From a bacterium (lineage in GTDB: Bacteria > RBG-13-61-14 > DATKZS01), in NCBI GenBank assembly GCA_963674965.2, contig CAXXFL010000004.1, forward strand, positions 128,001 to 192,000: a DNA stretch of 64,000 nucleotides, written 5' to 3'. A model generated the notes under the pieces. That model worked only from the letters and a program-made list of their open reading frames with translations. It searched no databases and was not told the DNA's origin. Below, in pieces: positions 9,821 to 19,530 of the stretch. A program made the translations under genes and the position numbers. The first letter of the stretch is position 1. The number at the start of each line of letters is the position of its first letter.

Positions 9821-10297
9821 TCAAGATTTCCGCTCCTTTAAATATTTCCTGAACGACTCTCCTTTCAGTCTGCCGTCGTCGGGACCCATCGAGCGAAATT
9901 CCTCGAGGGCAATAAAGCGCTCGATGGCCTTGTCGCTCAGGGTATGCTCCATTTTACAGGCGTCCTCCTCGGCCACCTCCGCGTCAAGACCCAGGACCTC
10001 CTCGAGGAAACGGCGCAAAACCATATGTCTTTTCATCACTTCCTGCGCTATCTTCCGGCCCCGTTCCGTTTTCGTCACCGCGCCGTAATGGTCGTGGTCC
10101 ACCAACTCGTGCTCGACAAGGTGCTTTATCATTCCAACCACGCTGGGCCGGGTGACTTTCAGCTTTCTGGCAATGTCGCTCACCCGCACCTCGGGGCATC
10201 CCGTCTCCGCCTCGATCTCGAGGATGGCCTCGAGGTAATCCTCCATGCTCTCGGTTATTTCTTCTTTTTTGTTGTGCCTTGATTTCCTCGGACTCAA
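9821..10297 (-). CDS. DtxR/MntR family metal-dependent repressor (no C-terminal SH3/FeoA domain)
   Basis: SMEDYLEAI, RVSDIARKLKVTRPSV HTH, KRH, DACKMEH. Start reassigned to TTG 10297 after AGGGAGG because the promoter lies inside the longer ORF call. Confidence 0.9.
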   Translation of the reverse strand: MSPRKSRHNKKEEITESMEDYLEAILEIEAETGCPEVRVSDIARKLKVTRPSVVGMIKHLVEHELVDHDHYGAVTKTERGRKIAQEVMKRHMVLRRFLEEVLGLDAEVAEEDACKMEHTLSDKAIERFIALEEFRSMGPDDGRLKGESFRKYLKERKS

Positions 10298-10315
10298 TTC
10301 GACCTCCCTTGTCCC

Positions 10316-10344
10316 AATATAGTAGGATAACCTAACAATGTCAA
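10316..10344 (-). promoter_or_regulatory. sigma70 promoter of the dtxR-like gene with operator in its spacer
   Basis: Minus strand TTGACA-17nt-TATATT; the spacer contains TTAGGTTATCCTAC (10322..10335). Confidence 0.8.
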
Positions 10345-10510
10345 GCCTTTTTTGCTCATGTCCCAACGCAAATGTTTTCTCCTTTTATTACCGGCACTTC
10401 TCTGCAAAAAAGATTTCGGATTGCCTTTTTTGAATTGACGACTTTTGAATGATATGCTCGCCTTATCGTCGGAGGAACGCCATTAAACCGCTCCGGCCAA
10501 GAATAACTTA

Positions 10511-12073
10511 ATGAAACTGGCCCTTGTCACATGCCCCTTTTTCACTAACGGCGACTGGCCCCCCCTGGGACTGTCCTGTATAAACGGGGCGCTCAGGGAG
10601 GAGGGAATCGAGCCGGTCTGCTTCGACTTCAACTTTACGACCTACAAGGACAACCCCGATCTGCTCCATCTCCTCTACCACATGGTGAGCTTCGCCGGCT
10701 TGACCGACCGTGTGGTCTTCGTTCTTAGGCCAGAGTTGATCCTCAACTTCCTTTACAAGGAGGATTATCCCGATTTCAAATGGCCTCCCCTTTTCAGCGG
10801 GCCCGAGGCCGGCGCGGGGGCCATGCTCTACCTGGGCATGAAAGCCGCCGCCAGGGAACAGGCCCGGACCGTCCTGTCCCATAAGCCCGCGGCCGCGCTC
10901 TTTTCCACCTATATCAGCAACATGGCCTGGAGCCTCCTCGTCGCCAAGTGGATAAAAAAACTCAGTCCTAAGACGCCGGTCGTGTTCGGCGGCCCCGGCG
11001 TGGGGCTTCCCGAGGTCCAGACCTTCCTTTTGGCCGCGGGTTTCGTCGACGCCCTCGCCGTGGGCGAGGGAGAGATGACGGTCGCATATCTGGCTCATGA
11101 CCTGGAGGCGGCCCTGGCGGGAGACGTCCCGGGCGTGGCGGTGATGAAGCACGGAGCGGTCAAGCTCGACCCGAGACCATCGGCGCCACTCCAGGATATT
11201 CCTTTGCCCAGCTTTGCCGGGCTTCCCCTGCCCGGCCTGTCGGTCAAGGACTACGCCGCCAACCGGCCCAACAAGTACAGGACCCCATTCTTCCACGGCC
11301 TTCCGGTCTATAGCTCGCGCGGGTGCGTGAACCGCTGCGCCTATTGCTCGGAGACGGCCTACTGGAAAGGATATCGCCTCCGCGAGCCCGGGGCCGTGGT
11401 GGACGAAATACAAAGGATTTCCGAGGAGACCGGGGAGAGCCACTTCCTTTTCGGCGACAGCGCGGTCAACGGAAGGCCCGCCTGGCTGATTGATTTCCTC
11501 GAGGCGGCCTCCTCCCGGCTTGGCTATCCCAGTCTGTGCGCCTACATGATGGCCCGGCCCGAGCTTGACGCGGAGACGGCCAAGCTTATAAAGCGAGCCG
11601 GGTTCGGCCACGTGGTCCTTGGGGTGGAGACTTTTTCCGGCCGTCTTCGCCATAACATGAACAAGCGGCACGGGGATGACGAGTTATTCGACGCCATACT
11701 CAACCTGACGCGGGCCGGCGTTCACGTAAAGTCCAACTTGCTGGTGGGTTTTCCGGGCGAGACGGAGGAGGACTTCGAGGTATCCTTATCCTATATCCGA
11801 CGCTGGAGGGAAACTCCCGAGTCGGAAAAGGGCCCCGGTACCCTCTTCTGGGACGCGGGTCATCCGGTCAGGCTCGAGGCGTATTCCGATTTATACAACA
11901 ACCCGGGAAAGCACGGGATCGTCATCGAGGACTCTCCGGTCCCGCCTCTGCCGGACGGTCTGTCCCGCGTGGCCGAGGCGGCCGCCCATCTTTTTAAAAA
12001 TTGGTGCGCCCCGGGCCGGGAGGACTTGAGTCTCCGGGCGAAAATCATGCGTGAGGAAGCGGCGAGGAAGTAG
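10511..12073 (+). CDS. B12-binding domain radical SAM protein
   Basis: PPLGL, VFGGP, GEGE, SSRGCVNRCAYC (CxxxCxxC), LGVET, VGFPGET. Confidence 0.9.
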   Translation: MKLALVTCPFFTNGDWPPLGLSCINGALREEGIEPVCFDFNFTTYKDNPDLLHLLYHMVSFAGLTDRVVFVLRPELILNFLYKEDYPDFKWPPLFSGPEAGAGAMLYLGMKAAAREQARTVLSHKPAAALFSTYISNMAWSLLVAKWIKKLSPKTPVVFGGPGVGLPEVQTFLLAAGFVDALAVGEGEMTVAYLAHDLEAALAGDVPGVAVMKHGAVKLDPRPSAPLQDIPLPSFAGLPLPGLSVKDYAANRPNKYRTPFFHGLPVYSSRGCVNRCAYCSETAYWKGYRLREPGAVVDEIQRISEETGESHFLFGDSAVNGRPAWLIDFLEAASSRLGYPSLCAYMMARPELDAETAKLIKRAGFGHVVLGVETFSGRLRHNMNKRHGDDELFDAILNLTRAGVHVKSNLLVGFPGETEEDFEVSLSYIRRWRETPESEKGPGTLFWDAGHPVRLEAYSDLYNNPGKHGIVIEDSPVPPLPDGLSRVAEAAAHLFKNWCAPGREDLSLRAKIMREEAARK

Positions 12074-12092
12074 CGCCGCCCAGGGAGGACTA

Positions 12093-12866
12093 TTGAAAGA
12101 CTTGCTTGGAACTCCCTTTCCAGCGGTGGGAGTAAAGATTTATAAAATGGAGGACGAGACGGTCCCGCCCGGGGCCTTTCGTGATTACGCCGGTACATCG
12201 TATTGCGAGGCGGTTATGAGGGCGACCATGGGCGAGCCCCAACTACTCAAGCCGGGCTCGATTTCGGTGTGCCGATGGTCCCCCCCCGTGCTCGGGCTCA
12301 AGGAAGCCGAGAGCGACTTCGAGAAGGAGCGCGAGCCCAAACTTCCTTTCCTCATTTCCGCCGCGGCCGTGGCCCGTCTTGCCGATTGGCCCGCCGAGGC
12401 CGGCGACCCGGATATAGTCCTCCTCCGGGGCGAGCGCCGCTACTTCGAGAAAATCCTCGAGAAGGCCGGACCCGACGCCATCTACGACGGCGACGGATCG
12501 ATCGACAAAACCATGGTCCCCGCCCTGACGGGCAAGGGCCCCGTCCATCCGGCCAAGGCCGCCCTGGTGAAGGCGGTGAACGCCCTGCTCGACTTCATGG
12601 GCCGTTTCAAGGCATGGAACAAGCTCACGGTGTGGATGTTCAAACGGGAAGGGACAAGCCGCGTCCTCAACTGGATTCTCGACCGGGCCATGGCCAACAT
12701 GAGCATGTGCAGAAACTCGACCGTGATTCCCTATCTGACGGGAAGGATCAACGTCTCCCACTTTTGCACCGGCGGCATATCCTGGGGAAAAAACCCTCCC
12801 CATTACATGACGGGAGGAGTGCCTTTTCCGATCTATAAAAGGATCGAGTCCTCGATCGGGAAATGA
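12093..12866 (+). CDS. DUF169-like protein
   Basis: PAVGVK, SYCEAV, ISVCRWS..LGL, SMC, SHFCTG; TTG start after GGAGG. Confidence 0.65.
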   Translation: MKDLLGTPFPAVGVKIYKMEDETVPPGAFRDYAGTSYCEAVMRATMGEPQLLKPGSISVCRWSPPVLGLKEAESDFEKEREPKLPFLISAAAVARLADWPAEAGDPDIVLLRGERRYFEKILEKAGPDAIYDGDGSIDKTMVPALTGKGPVHPAKAALVKAVNALLDFMGRFKAWNKLTVWMFKREGTSRVLNWILDRAMANMSMCRNSTVIPYLTGRINVSHFCTGGISWGKNPPHYMTGGVPFPIYKRIESSIGK

Positions 12867-12955
12867 TCGTGCCGGCGTTTGCTTCTTTTCGCTTGCGCCG
12901 CGCCGTCACCTGGACTATTAATGGTTATCGAGAGTTGTATAAGGGAGGGCGCGCC

Positions 12956-13585
12956 ATGAACAAGCTTTTAATCGTTATTATTGGACTGGCCCTTGTCCTC
13001 GCGGCGGGGTGCCCGAAGAACGTGAATCCCGAGGCCCACGTTAACCGGGAAAGTCCCGCGCCGGCCCTCGCTCCTCCTCCCGCGCCGGCCAAGCCCTCCG
13101 GCGTTCCTCTCAAGACCTACCGCGACCGGGCCAATAGCTTCAGCGTCGAGCTTCCGGCCGACTGGAGGGACGTCAACGTCGCGGGGGCCTCGGGCCTCAA
13201 GTTTATCAAGGACGACAAGGGGAACGCCATCATCATCTCCGTTCAGGAAACGGGCATGGGTGAATTTCTTGACGTGGATAACCTGCCCGAGTCGGAAATA
13301 TACAACATGGTGGACATGGCCGCGGGACAAATCAAGTCGATTTACCCCGACACCGAGGTCATATCGAGGGGCGTAAGAAGCCTGGGCGGCAAAAAAGCGG
13401 GCTACGCCAATCTCCGGTCGGAATCGGAATACATGGGCATTAGGATGCCCGTGCTGCTCATGACCTACGTGACCTATCACAAGGGCAAGATGGTCTCGAT
13501 CACGGCCGGTTCCAAGGAAAGCGAGTTCAAAAGATACGCGGGTCAATTCGAATACTACGTCTCGACCTTTCGTTTCGACGACTGA
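12956..13585 (+). CDS. Lipoprotein, PsbP-like fold possible
   Basis: RBS GGAGG, lipobox LAAGC, Pro-rich linker, FSVELPADW, C-terminal TFRF. Confidence 0.7.
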   Translation: MNKLLIVIIGLALVLAAGCPKNVNPEAHVNRESPAPALAPPPAPAKPSGVPLKTYRDRANSFSVELPADWRDVNVAGASGLKFIKDDKGNAIIISVQETGMGEFLDVDNLPESEIYNMVDMAAGQIKSIYPDTEVISRGVRSLGGKKAGYANLRSESEYMGIRMPVLLMTYVTYHKGKMVSITAGSKESEFKRYAGQFEYYVSTFRFDD

Positions 13586-13612
13586 GGCCGGCTCGCGCGA
13601 GGGAGGAAATCC

Positions 13613-14653
13613 ATGGCGACAACTGGAATAGTAAGGGACGTTTTTTACACGAGGCACGACACGGGCCCGGGCCATCCCGAGTCCTCCCGCCGGCTCGACT
13701 CGATTTACGCCGAGCTTGACCGGAGAGAAATCATGGACCAGGCCCAGTCCATCGACAAGCGGGAGGCCCTGCCCGAGGAACTCATGAGAGTCCATACCCG
13801 CGAGCACGTCCAACTCGTGGCCTCGACGGCGGCCCGGACCGCGGCCTACCTGGACGGCGACACGCCCACCAGCCCGGACTCCTTCAAGGCCGCCCTCCTC
13901 GCGGCCGGCGGACTCATGAACGCGACCGACGCCGTCATCCAGGGAGACGTGAAAAACGCCTTCGCCCTGGTGCGCCCGCCGGGACACCACGCCGAAAGCT
14001 CCCAGGCCATGGGGTTCTGCCTGTTCAACAACGTGGCCGTCGCCGCCATGCACGCCATCGAGAAACGCGGCAAAAAACGCATACTGATAATCGACTGGGA
14101 CGTGCATCACGGCAACGCCACCATGCACTCCTTTTACAAGGACCCGAGGGTGATGTATTTTTCCACCCACCATTACCCCTTTTATCCGGGCACGGGCAGG
14201 TGGGACGAGATAGGCGACGGCGAGGGCAAGGGCTACACGGTCAACGTGCCCTTCCCCGGCGGCTGCGGAGACGGCGAACACGATAACGCCTTCTCGAGGA
14301 TTTTCGATCCCGTGGTGAAGGCGTACAAGCCCGACCTCATCATGGTCTCGGCCGGGTTCGACGCCCATTATCGCGACCCCCTGGGCGGGATGCGCGTGAC
14401 TGAGGAGGGCTTCCAGCGCATGACCCGCAGGGTCCTCGAGTGGGCCGACGAGTTCTCGGACGGACAGGTGGTGATGACCCTGGAGGGCGGGTACAACCTC
14501 GAGGCCCTGGCCAACTCCGTCGCCGACGTCATCGAGGTATGCATGGGCAAAAAGCAGGCGCCGGGCGGCGACCTGGACTCGACCGACGGGTTCGAGGCCG
14601 TAAGGCCCAAGGTGGCGGGGGCCTTGTCGGGCATATGGAAGGGACTGGACTAG
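13613..14653 (+). CDS. Histone deacetylase family (class II/HdaH-like) amidohydrolase
   Basis: HPES..RL, RPPGHHA, GFCLFNN, DWDVHHGN, SAGFDAH, LEGGY. Confidence 0.93.
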   Translation: MATTGIVRDVFYTRHDTGPGHPESSRRLDSIYAELDRREIMDQAQSIDKREALPEELMRVHTREHVQLVASTAARTAAYLDGDTPTSPDSFKAALLAAGGLMNATDAVIQGDVKNAFALVRPPGHHAESSQAMGFCLFNNVAVAAMHAIEKRGKKRILIIDWDVHHGNATMHSFYKDPRVMYFSTHHYPFYPGTGRWDEIGDGEGKGYTVNVPFPGGCGDGEHDNAFSRIFDPVVKAYKPDLIMVSAGFDAHYRDPLGGMRVTEEGFQRMTRRVLEWADEFSDGQVVMTLEGGYNLEALANSVADVIEVCMGKKQAPGGDLDSTDGFEAVRPKVAGALSGIWKGLD

Positions 14654-14877
14654 GGATCCGACCGCCTCAATTCAGGGTCGCCCACGCATTTTGCGTGGGT
14701 GAGCGTAGCGAACGGGCTTTTGGTCCCGGAATCGGGGGCATTTGCCGACGTTTGTTGGCGGCTTCCAAACGGCGAGGGACGATCGCGCGTTCAATTGTCG
14801 GCTTGTTTGCCGAATCGCTTCATTACCATTTAGATGACGCGACGACCCGACAAAAAGAGGCGGTCACTGGACTAGGG
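14644..14877. mobile_element. MITE-like non-coding insertion flanked by 12-bp direct repeats
   Basis: ACTGGACTAGGG at 14644-14655 and 14866-14877; inverted ends GACCGCCTC (14660-68) and GAGGCGGTC (14857-65); internal hairpins. Confidence 0.6.
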
Positions 14878-14896
14878 CCGCGTCGTTATCAGGGGA

Positions 14897-15139
14897 TCAG
14901 TCTCCGCTCCGAAACTGGCGCCAGAGCCTGTCCAGGCGGCTCGAGTAGATCATGTCGAAAAGGTCCAGGCGGTCGGGGAACATGCTCTCGCAAAGGGAGC
15001 GGACCTCGTCCACCCGGGCGGCCAGCTCGGTCCGGCTCGATATCTTGCCTTTCATCACGTCGGAGGCCACAAGGTCAACCAGCCGCCGTAGTTCCTTGGC
15101 GTTCTCCTTCTCTTTTTTCCATTCCATATATGTGGCCAT
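14897..15139 (-). CDS. Small helical hypothetical protein (80 aa)
   Basis: ATG after GGAG; LRRLVD...FPDRLDLFDMIYSSRLDRL looks like a real conserved small protein. Confidence 0.7.
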   Translation of the reverse strand: MATYMEWKKEKENAKELRRLVDLVASDVMKGKISSRTELAARVDEVRSLCESMFPDRLDLFDMIYSSRLDRLWRQFRSGD

Positions 15140-15264
15140 GCGAGGACTCCGGCGGGCCGGCCAGGGCCGATGAGGATTATTCGCGGTCCCGCCTATCCCT
15201 AGGGTAATAAAGAAAAGCGGAGGCGCCAAACAAGGCCGTCCCCGCCCGATATGCCCCGGCGGCC

Positions 15265-16119
15265 CTACTTCGAGTAGTCGTAAAAGCCCCTGCCGCTCTT
15301 GCGGCCCAGCCAGCCGGCGTCGACGTATTTCCTGAGGAGCGGGCAGGGCCTGTATTTCGAGTCGCCCAGGCCCCGGTGAAGGACCTCCATGATGGCCAGG
15401 CAGGTATCGAGACCAATAAGGTCGGCCAGGGTCAGGGGGCCCATGGGATGGTTCATGCCCAGCTTCATGACCTGGTCGATGGCCTCGACCGTGCCCACTC
15501 CCTCCATCAGGGCGTACACGGCCTCGTTGATCATGGGCATGAGAATCCGGTTGGAGATAAACCCCGGATAATCGTTGGCCTCGACCGGGACCTTGCCCAT
15601 CTTCTCCGAAAGGTCCCGCGTGAACTCGAAGGTCTCACGCGAGGTGGCGATGCCGTTGATGATCTCCACCAGCTTCATCACCGGCACCGGGTTCATGAAA
15701 TGCATGCCGATCACCTTCTCCGGCCTCACGGTCGCGGCCGCTATCCTGGTGATCGAGATCGAGGAGGTGTTGCTCGAGATAATCACGCCGGGCTTCACTA
15801 TCTTGTCCAGGCCCTCGAAAACCTTAAGCTTGATCGAAAGGTCCTCCGATACCGCCTCGACCGCGAAGTCCACCTCCGCGAAGGCCTCGAGGGAATCGGC
15901 CAGGGAAATCCGGCCCAGGACCTCGTTCTTTTGGTCCTCCGTGATCTTCTCCTTTTTCACCTGGCGGTCCAGGTTCCTCGAGATCACGGACTTGCCCCGT
16001 TCCGCCAACTCGAGGGAAACGTCGCTCATCACCACGCTGAAGCCCGTCTGCGCCGCCACCTGGGCTATGCCGTTGCCCATCTGGCCCGAGCCGATTACGC
16101 CGAATTGCTCGATGTTCAT
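15265..16119 (-). CDS. hbd: 3-hydroxybutyryl-CoA dehydrogenase
   Basis: [56 protein letters not shown]. Confidence 0.93.
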   Translation of the reverse strand: MNIEQFGVIGSGQMGNGIAQVAAQTGFSVVMSDVSLELAERGKSVISRNLDRQVKKEKITEDQKNEVLGRISLADSLEAFAEVDFAVEAVSEDLSIKLKVFEGLDKIVKPGVIISSNTSSISITRIAAATVRPEKVIGMHFMNPVPVMKLVEIINGIATSRETFEFTRDLSEKMGKVPVEANDYPGFISNRILMPMINEAVYALMEGVGTVEAIDQVMKLGMNHPMGPLTLADLIGLDTCLAIMEVLHRGLGDSKYRPCPLLRKYVDAGWLGRKSGRGFYDYSK

Positions 16120-16269
16120 CTCGTCTTCCTCCTCAAATCAGATCGTAACATTGTCGTTGAAAGGACTCGGCCATGCAAGCCGTAAGAGTTAACGCCCCAG
16201 AGCCACGCGGCCCGCGTATACCGCAAAGCCCGGGCAAGGCCGCCGCTCTTTTTCCGCGTCCCGTCCTGA

Positions 16270-17250
16270 TCAGAATCCCTTGTACTCCGGATGCTCGTCC
16301 CTGGTGACACGGGTGGCGTCGAGCACTATCTCCTTGGGGCCGGCGCCGCCGTTCAATATCTTCACCGCCTCCTCAATGGCCTCCTTGGCCCCGTTCTGGT
16401 AAACGAAGGTGGCGTCGAGCTTGCCCGCCCTGATCATGTCCACCGCCTCTCCCTGGCCGTCGATGCCCACGAAGACCATGTCCTTTTCCCGGCCCACCGC
16501 CTCGGCCGAGAGGAAGGCCCCGATGGCCATCTCGTCGTTGTGAGCGTAAACCGCGTCTATGTGGTCGTGGGCCTGGAGGGCGTTGTCCATTATCTGCTTG
16601 GCCGGCGTCCGCTTGTAGTCACCCGACTGGTCCACGATGACCTCGATCTCGGGATGCTTCGCGATGACCTCGTGGAAGCCGTCGTGCCGCTCCTGGGTGG
16701 GCGTCGCTCCCAGGATGCCCTGGATTTCGACTATCTTGCCCTTGCCGCCCAGCTTCTCGGCCATGTACTCGCCGGCGGCCCGCCCGATCTCGAGGTTCGA
16801 GGCCCCGATAAAGGTGGTGTACTTGTCGCCCAGGACCTTTCTGTCAAGCACGATCACCGGGATGCCGCGGTCATGGGCCTTGGCCACGGCCTCCGTGAGG
16901 GGCGCCGCCTCCCGCGGGCTGATGATTAGGAGGTCCACCCCCTTGACGATGAAGTTCTCCACGTCCGCTATCTGCTTGGCGTTGCGGTTCTCCCCGTTGG
17001 CCACGATCAACTTGACGCCCAGAGCCTCGTCGGCGGCCGCCTTTAACTGGTTGTTCATGTTGATCCGCCAGGGGTCCTCGAAGGTGCTCTGGGAAAAGCC
17101 GATCAAAAAGGACTTCTTCGCCGGGGCGGGCGCCGCTTCCGATTTATCGGCGCCTTGCTTCCCCTTGTCCTCACCCTTGCATGAGTAGGCCGAAAAAGCG
17201 GCCAGGCCGATGAATAAAAAGCCAATAATGAGAGTCCTGATTTTCCTCAT
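16270..17250 (-). CDS. Sugar ABC transporter substrate-binding lipoprotein (RbsB/YtfQ-like)
   Basis: Lipobox AYSC, IGFSQ, GIPVIVLDR, ERHDGF, AHNDEMAIGA, VGIDG. Confidence 0.9.
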   Translation of the reverse strand: MRKIRTLIIGFLFIGLAAFSAYSCKGEDKGKQGADKSEAAPAPAKKSFLIGFSQSTFEDPWRINMNNQLKAAADEALGVKLIVANGENRNAKQIADVENFIVKGVDLLIISPREAAPLTEAVAKAHDRGIPVIVLDRKVLGDKYTTFIGASNLEIGRAAGEYMAEKLGGKGKIVEIQGILGATPTQERHDGFHEVIAKHPEIEVIVDQSGDYKRTPAKQIMDNALQAHDHIDAVYAHNDEMAIGAFLSAEAVGREKDMVFVGIDGQGEAVDMIRAGKLDATFVYQNGAKEAIEEAVKILNGGAGPKEIVLDATRVTRDEHPEYKGF

Positions 17251-17300
17251 GGTAATGCCTCCTTGCCGGTCGGTATTGCTTTCTAAGACGCGGGACTATT

Positions 17301-18032
17301 TTATGGCCCCGGCGGCGGCGCGTCAAAGATATTCGGGAACTCCTCGTCCTCGAACCCCTTGGGCATCATGCCCCTGGTAAGGTAATAATAAAAAACCACC
17401 AAGGTCGCGTCCACCGGGACCATTATAATGAAAAGGGAGTACTGATACATGGAAACGACAAGGGACGATTTGTCGCTTGCCTCCATAATGAAACTCACGG
17501 CCAATACGGGCAACGCGTTAATCAGGCAGATAACGGCCGTGGGCAAGAGAAGGGAAAGAAGGAGAGCCAGGTTGCGCTTAAAGGCGTCCCGAAGGCCCCG
17601 CCTCTCGAAAAGGATAACCAATTCCATGTAGGGCAAAAGGAAAACGAACAAAGGATATATTAAGAATAGAAGCCCTCCAAAGTAGAAAAAATTTATGAGA
17701 AAATGGTAAGCGAAAAACACGCCGAAAACGGGACGAAGCCAAATAAAAAAGTCCCTCCAGCCCTTCTTCTCGCCACGAAGCCGCGACCATACGACGAAAA
17801 AGAAAAGGGAACTGAAGATCGAGTCCATGGCCGCGTGCAGGGGGATATACAAGACGGCGATGAAGGACAGGTTTTCCTCGCCACCGATTTCCCTGGCCAT
17901 ATCGAGGACGTCCTTGAGGGACTGGTCCAGCCCGAACTGGCAGCCGAGGTAGGCCACCATTACGGCAAGGATGGGCCAGGAGTTGGCCAGAACGAAAAGC
18001 GCCGTCCTGGCCAGGGTCCTGAGAGCGGCCAT
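17301..18032 (-). CDS. Hypothetical multi-pass membrane protein
   Basis: About 5-6 hydrophobic segments; starts 2 nt after the permease stop. Confidence 0.7.
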   Translation of the reverse strand: MAALRTLARTALFVLANSWPILAVMVAYLGCQFGLDQSLKDVLDMAREIGGEENLSFIAVLYIPLHAAMDSIFSSLFFFVVWSRLRGEKKGWRDFFIWLRPVFGVFFAYHFLINFFYFGGLLFLIYPLFVFLLPYMELVILFERRGLRDAFKRNLALLLSLLLPTAVICLINALPVLAVSFIMEASDKSSLVVSMYQYSLFIIMVPVDATLVVFYYYLTRGMMPKGFEDEEFPNIFDAPPPGP

Positions 18033-18034
18033 GG

Positions 18035-19231
18035 TCAGTCGCGCTCCTTTTGGAGAAGGACCGCCAGGATGATGATGGCGCCCTTTAACACGCGCTGGAG
18101 GTTGGGATCGACCCCCCGCAGGCCCAGAGCGTTGTTGAGCACCCCGATAATCAAGGCGCCGATGAGGGTCCCGCCTATTCCACCCCTTCCACCCATGAGG
18201 CTGGTCCCGCCTATGACCACGGCGGCGATGGCGTCAAGCTCGAAACCCACCCCGTCGTCGGGGCGTCCCGCGTTCTGAATGGACGTGTAGATCATGGCCG
18301 CCACTCCGCAGAGGGCGCCGCAAAGCGTGTAAACGAGTATCTTCACCCGCGCCGCCGGCACTCCCGCCAGCATGGCCGCCGGCTCGTTCGAGCCCACGGC
18401 GTAGACGAAGCGGCCGAACCTGGTCCGAGTCAGGATGAAGTAGCCCGCGGCGGCCGCGGCGAGAAAGATAATGCCGGGCCAGGGAATCTTGACGACGGCC
18501 AGGTCGAGGTCCTTGCCCAGGGCCGCGAAGGCCTCCGGCTGATCCCCGTAAACGTCGATGCCTCTTCCGCCGGTCCAGAGGAAGGCCAGTCCCCTGGCCA
18601 CGCTCATCATGGCCAGGGTCACGATAAAAGGCTGTATCTGGGCCATCTCCAGGCGGGGCGGGCGGGTCTTGGCGAGCTTGGCCTTGAGCCGGAGGAAAAC
18701 CCAGCCGGGAAGAGACTTCGAGTAGGTGATGAAAAAACCGTTCGCCAAACCCAGCGCCGCTCCAGCGGCGACCCCCGCCGAGAACACCAGGGCCGCGTAA
18801 ACGGCCGAGCCGCCCGGCGAGCTCTCGATAAGGTAGGCCGCCACCACGGAGGAAAAGGCGAGCAGGGACCCGACGGAAAGGTCTATCCCGGCGGTGATGA
18901 TCACGAAGGTCATGCCCACGGCCAGTATGCCGTAATGAGCGTTTTGCCTGAGGATGTTTCCCAGGTTCTCGGGCTTGAAAAAGGCGTGGAGTATCCTTTC
19001 CTCCGGCTCCACGAACAGGTCCCAGAACGCGGTGAGGAGCATGGCCATCCCGATGAGGACCGCCAGGGGAAGGAGCTTCTCGCGGGCCTTGTCCAGGTTT
19101 GACGGCCCGCCGGCGGGGAGATCGATGGAAACCGTTTTTTCTTCAGGTTCTTTCATCTTCTTCGTCCGATTATTGGAGGTCATGCCATGAAAACGATTAT
19201 AGATACTATCAGCGAGGCGCAAAGCGGTCAA
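18035..19231 (-). CDS. Sugar ABC transporter permease (RbsC-like); true start probably later
   Basis: GMTFVIITAGIDLSVGS, PFIVTL, TRFGR..YAVGSN, ELDAIAAVVIGGTSL.GG.G. Confidence 0.92.
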   Translation of the reverse strand: MTALRLADSIYNRFHGMTSNNRTKKMKEPEEKTVSIDLPAGGPSNLDKAREKLLPLAVLIGMAMLLTAFWDLFVEPEERILHAFFKPENLGNILRQNAHYGILAVGMTFVIITAGIDLSVGSLLAFSSVVAAYLIESSPGGSAVYAALVFSAGVAAGAALGLANGFFITYSKSLPGWVFLRLKAKLAKTRPPRLEMAQIQPFIVTLAMMSVARGLAFLWTGGRGIDVYGDQPEAFAALGKDLDLAVVKIPWPGIIFLAAAAAGYFILTRTRFGRFVYAVGSNEPAAMLAGVPAARVKILVYTLCGALCGVAAMIYTSIQNAGRPDDGVGFELDAIAAVVIGGTSLMGGRGGIGGTLIGALIIGVLNNALGLRGVDPNLQRVLKGAIIILAVLLQKERD

Positions 19232-19357
19232 AGCGCCATCTTTAGGGGACGAAAATTTTTTTTAATAACGCCTCATCTCAAGAGAACTCTCCCGGCGATC
19301 GAGTTGTCTTTAGAATATGTAAAGAAAGGAAAACCATAGTAAGATTGAATTTCATTC

Positions 19358-19386
19358 TTGACGGGAAGAGATAGCGTGCTTATCAT
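19358..19386 (+). promoter_or_regulatory. Probable sigma70 promoter of the MoxR/Bat operon
   Basis: TTGACG-17nt-TATCAT. Confidence 0.55.
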
Positions 19387-19530
19387 TTTACCCGTATTTT
19401 TTACGGCTTTTTTCAGCCGGGATGAATGGCCTGAATCCTGGGCCCTCGTTCCCGGCCTGGAAAAACGATCGGCACGGCGCGAAAAAACTTCTCGGAAAGG
19501 AAATATAAGCCAACGGGTTGATTGCGAAAG

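Noticed and set aside
10298-10366. Longer N-terminus for the DtxR-like ORF
   Set aside because: It overlaps the gene's own promoter and operator; an RBS supports TTG at 10297.
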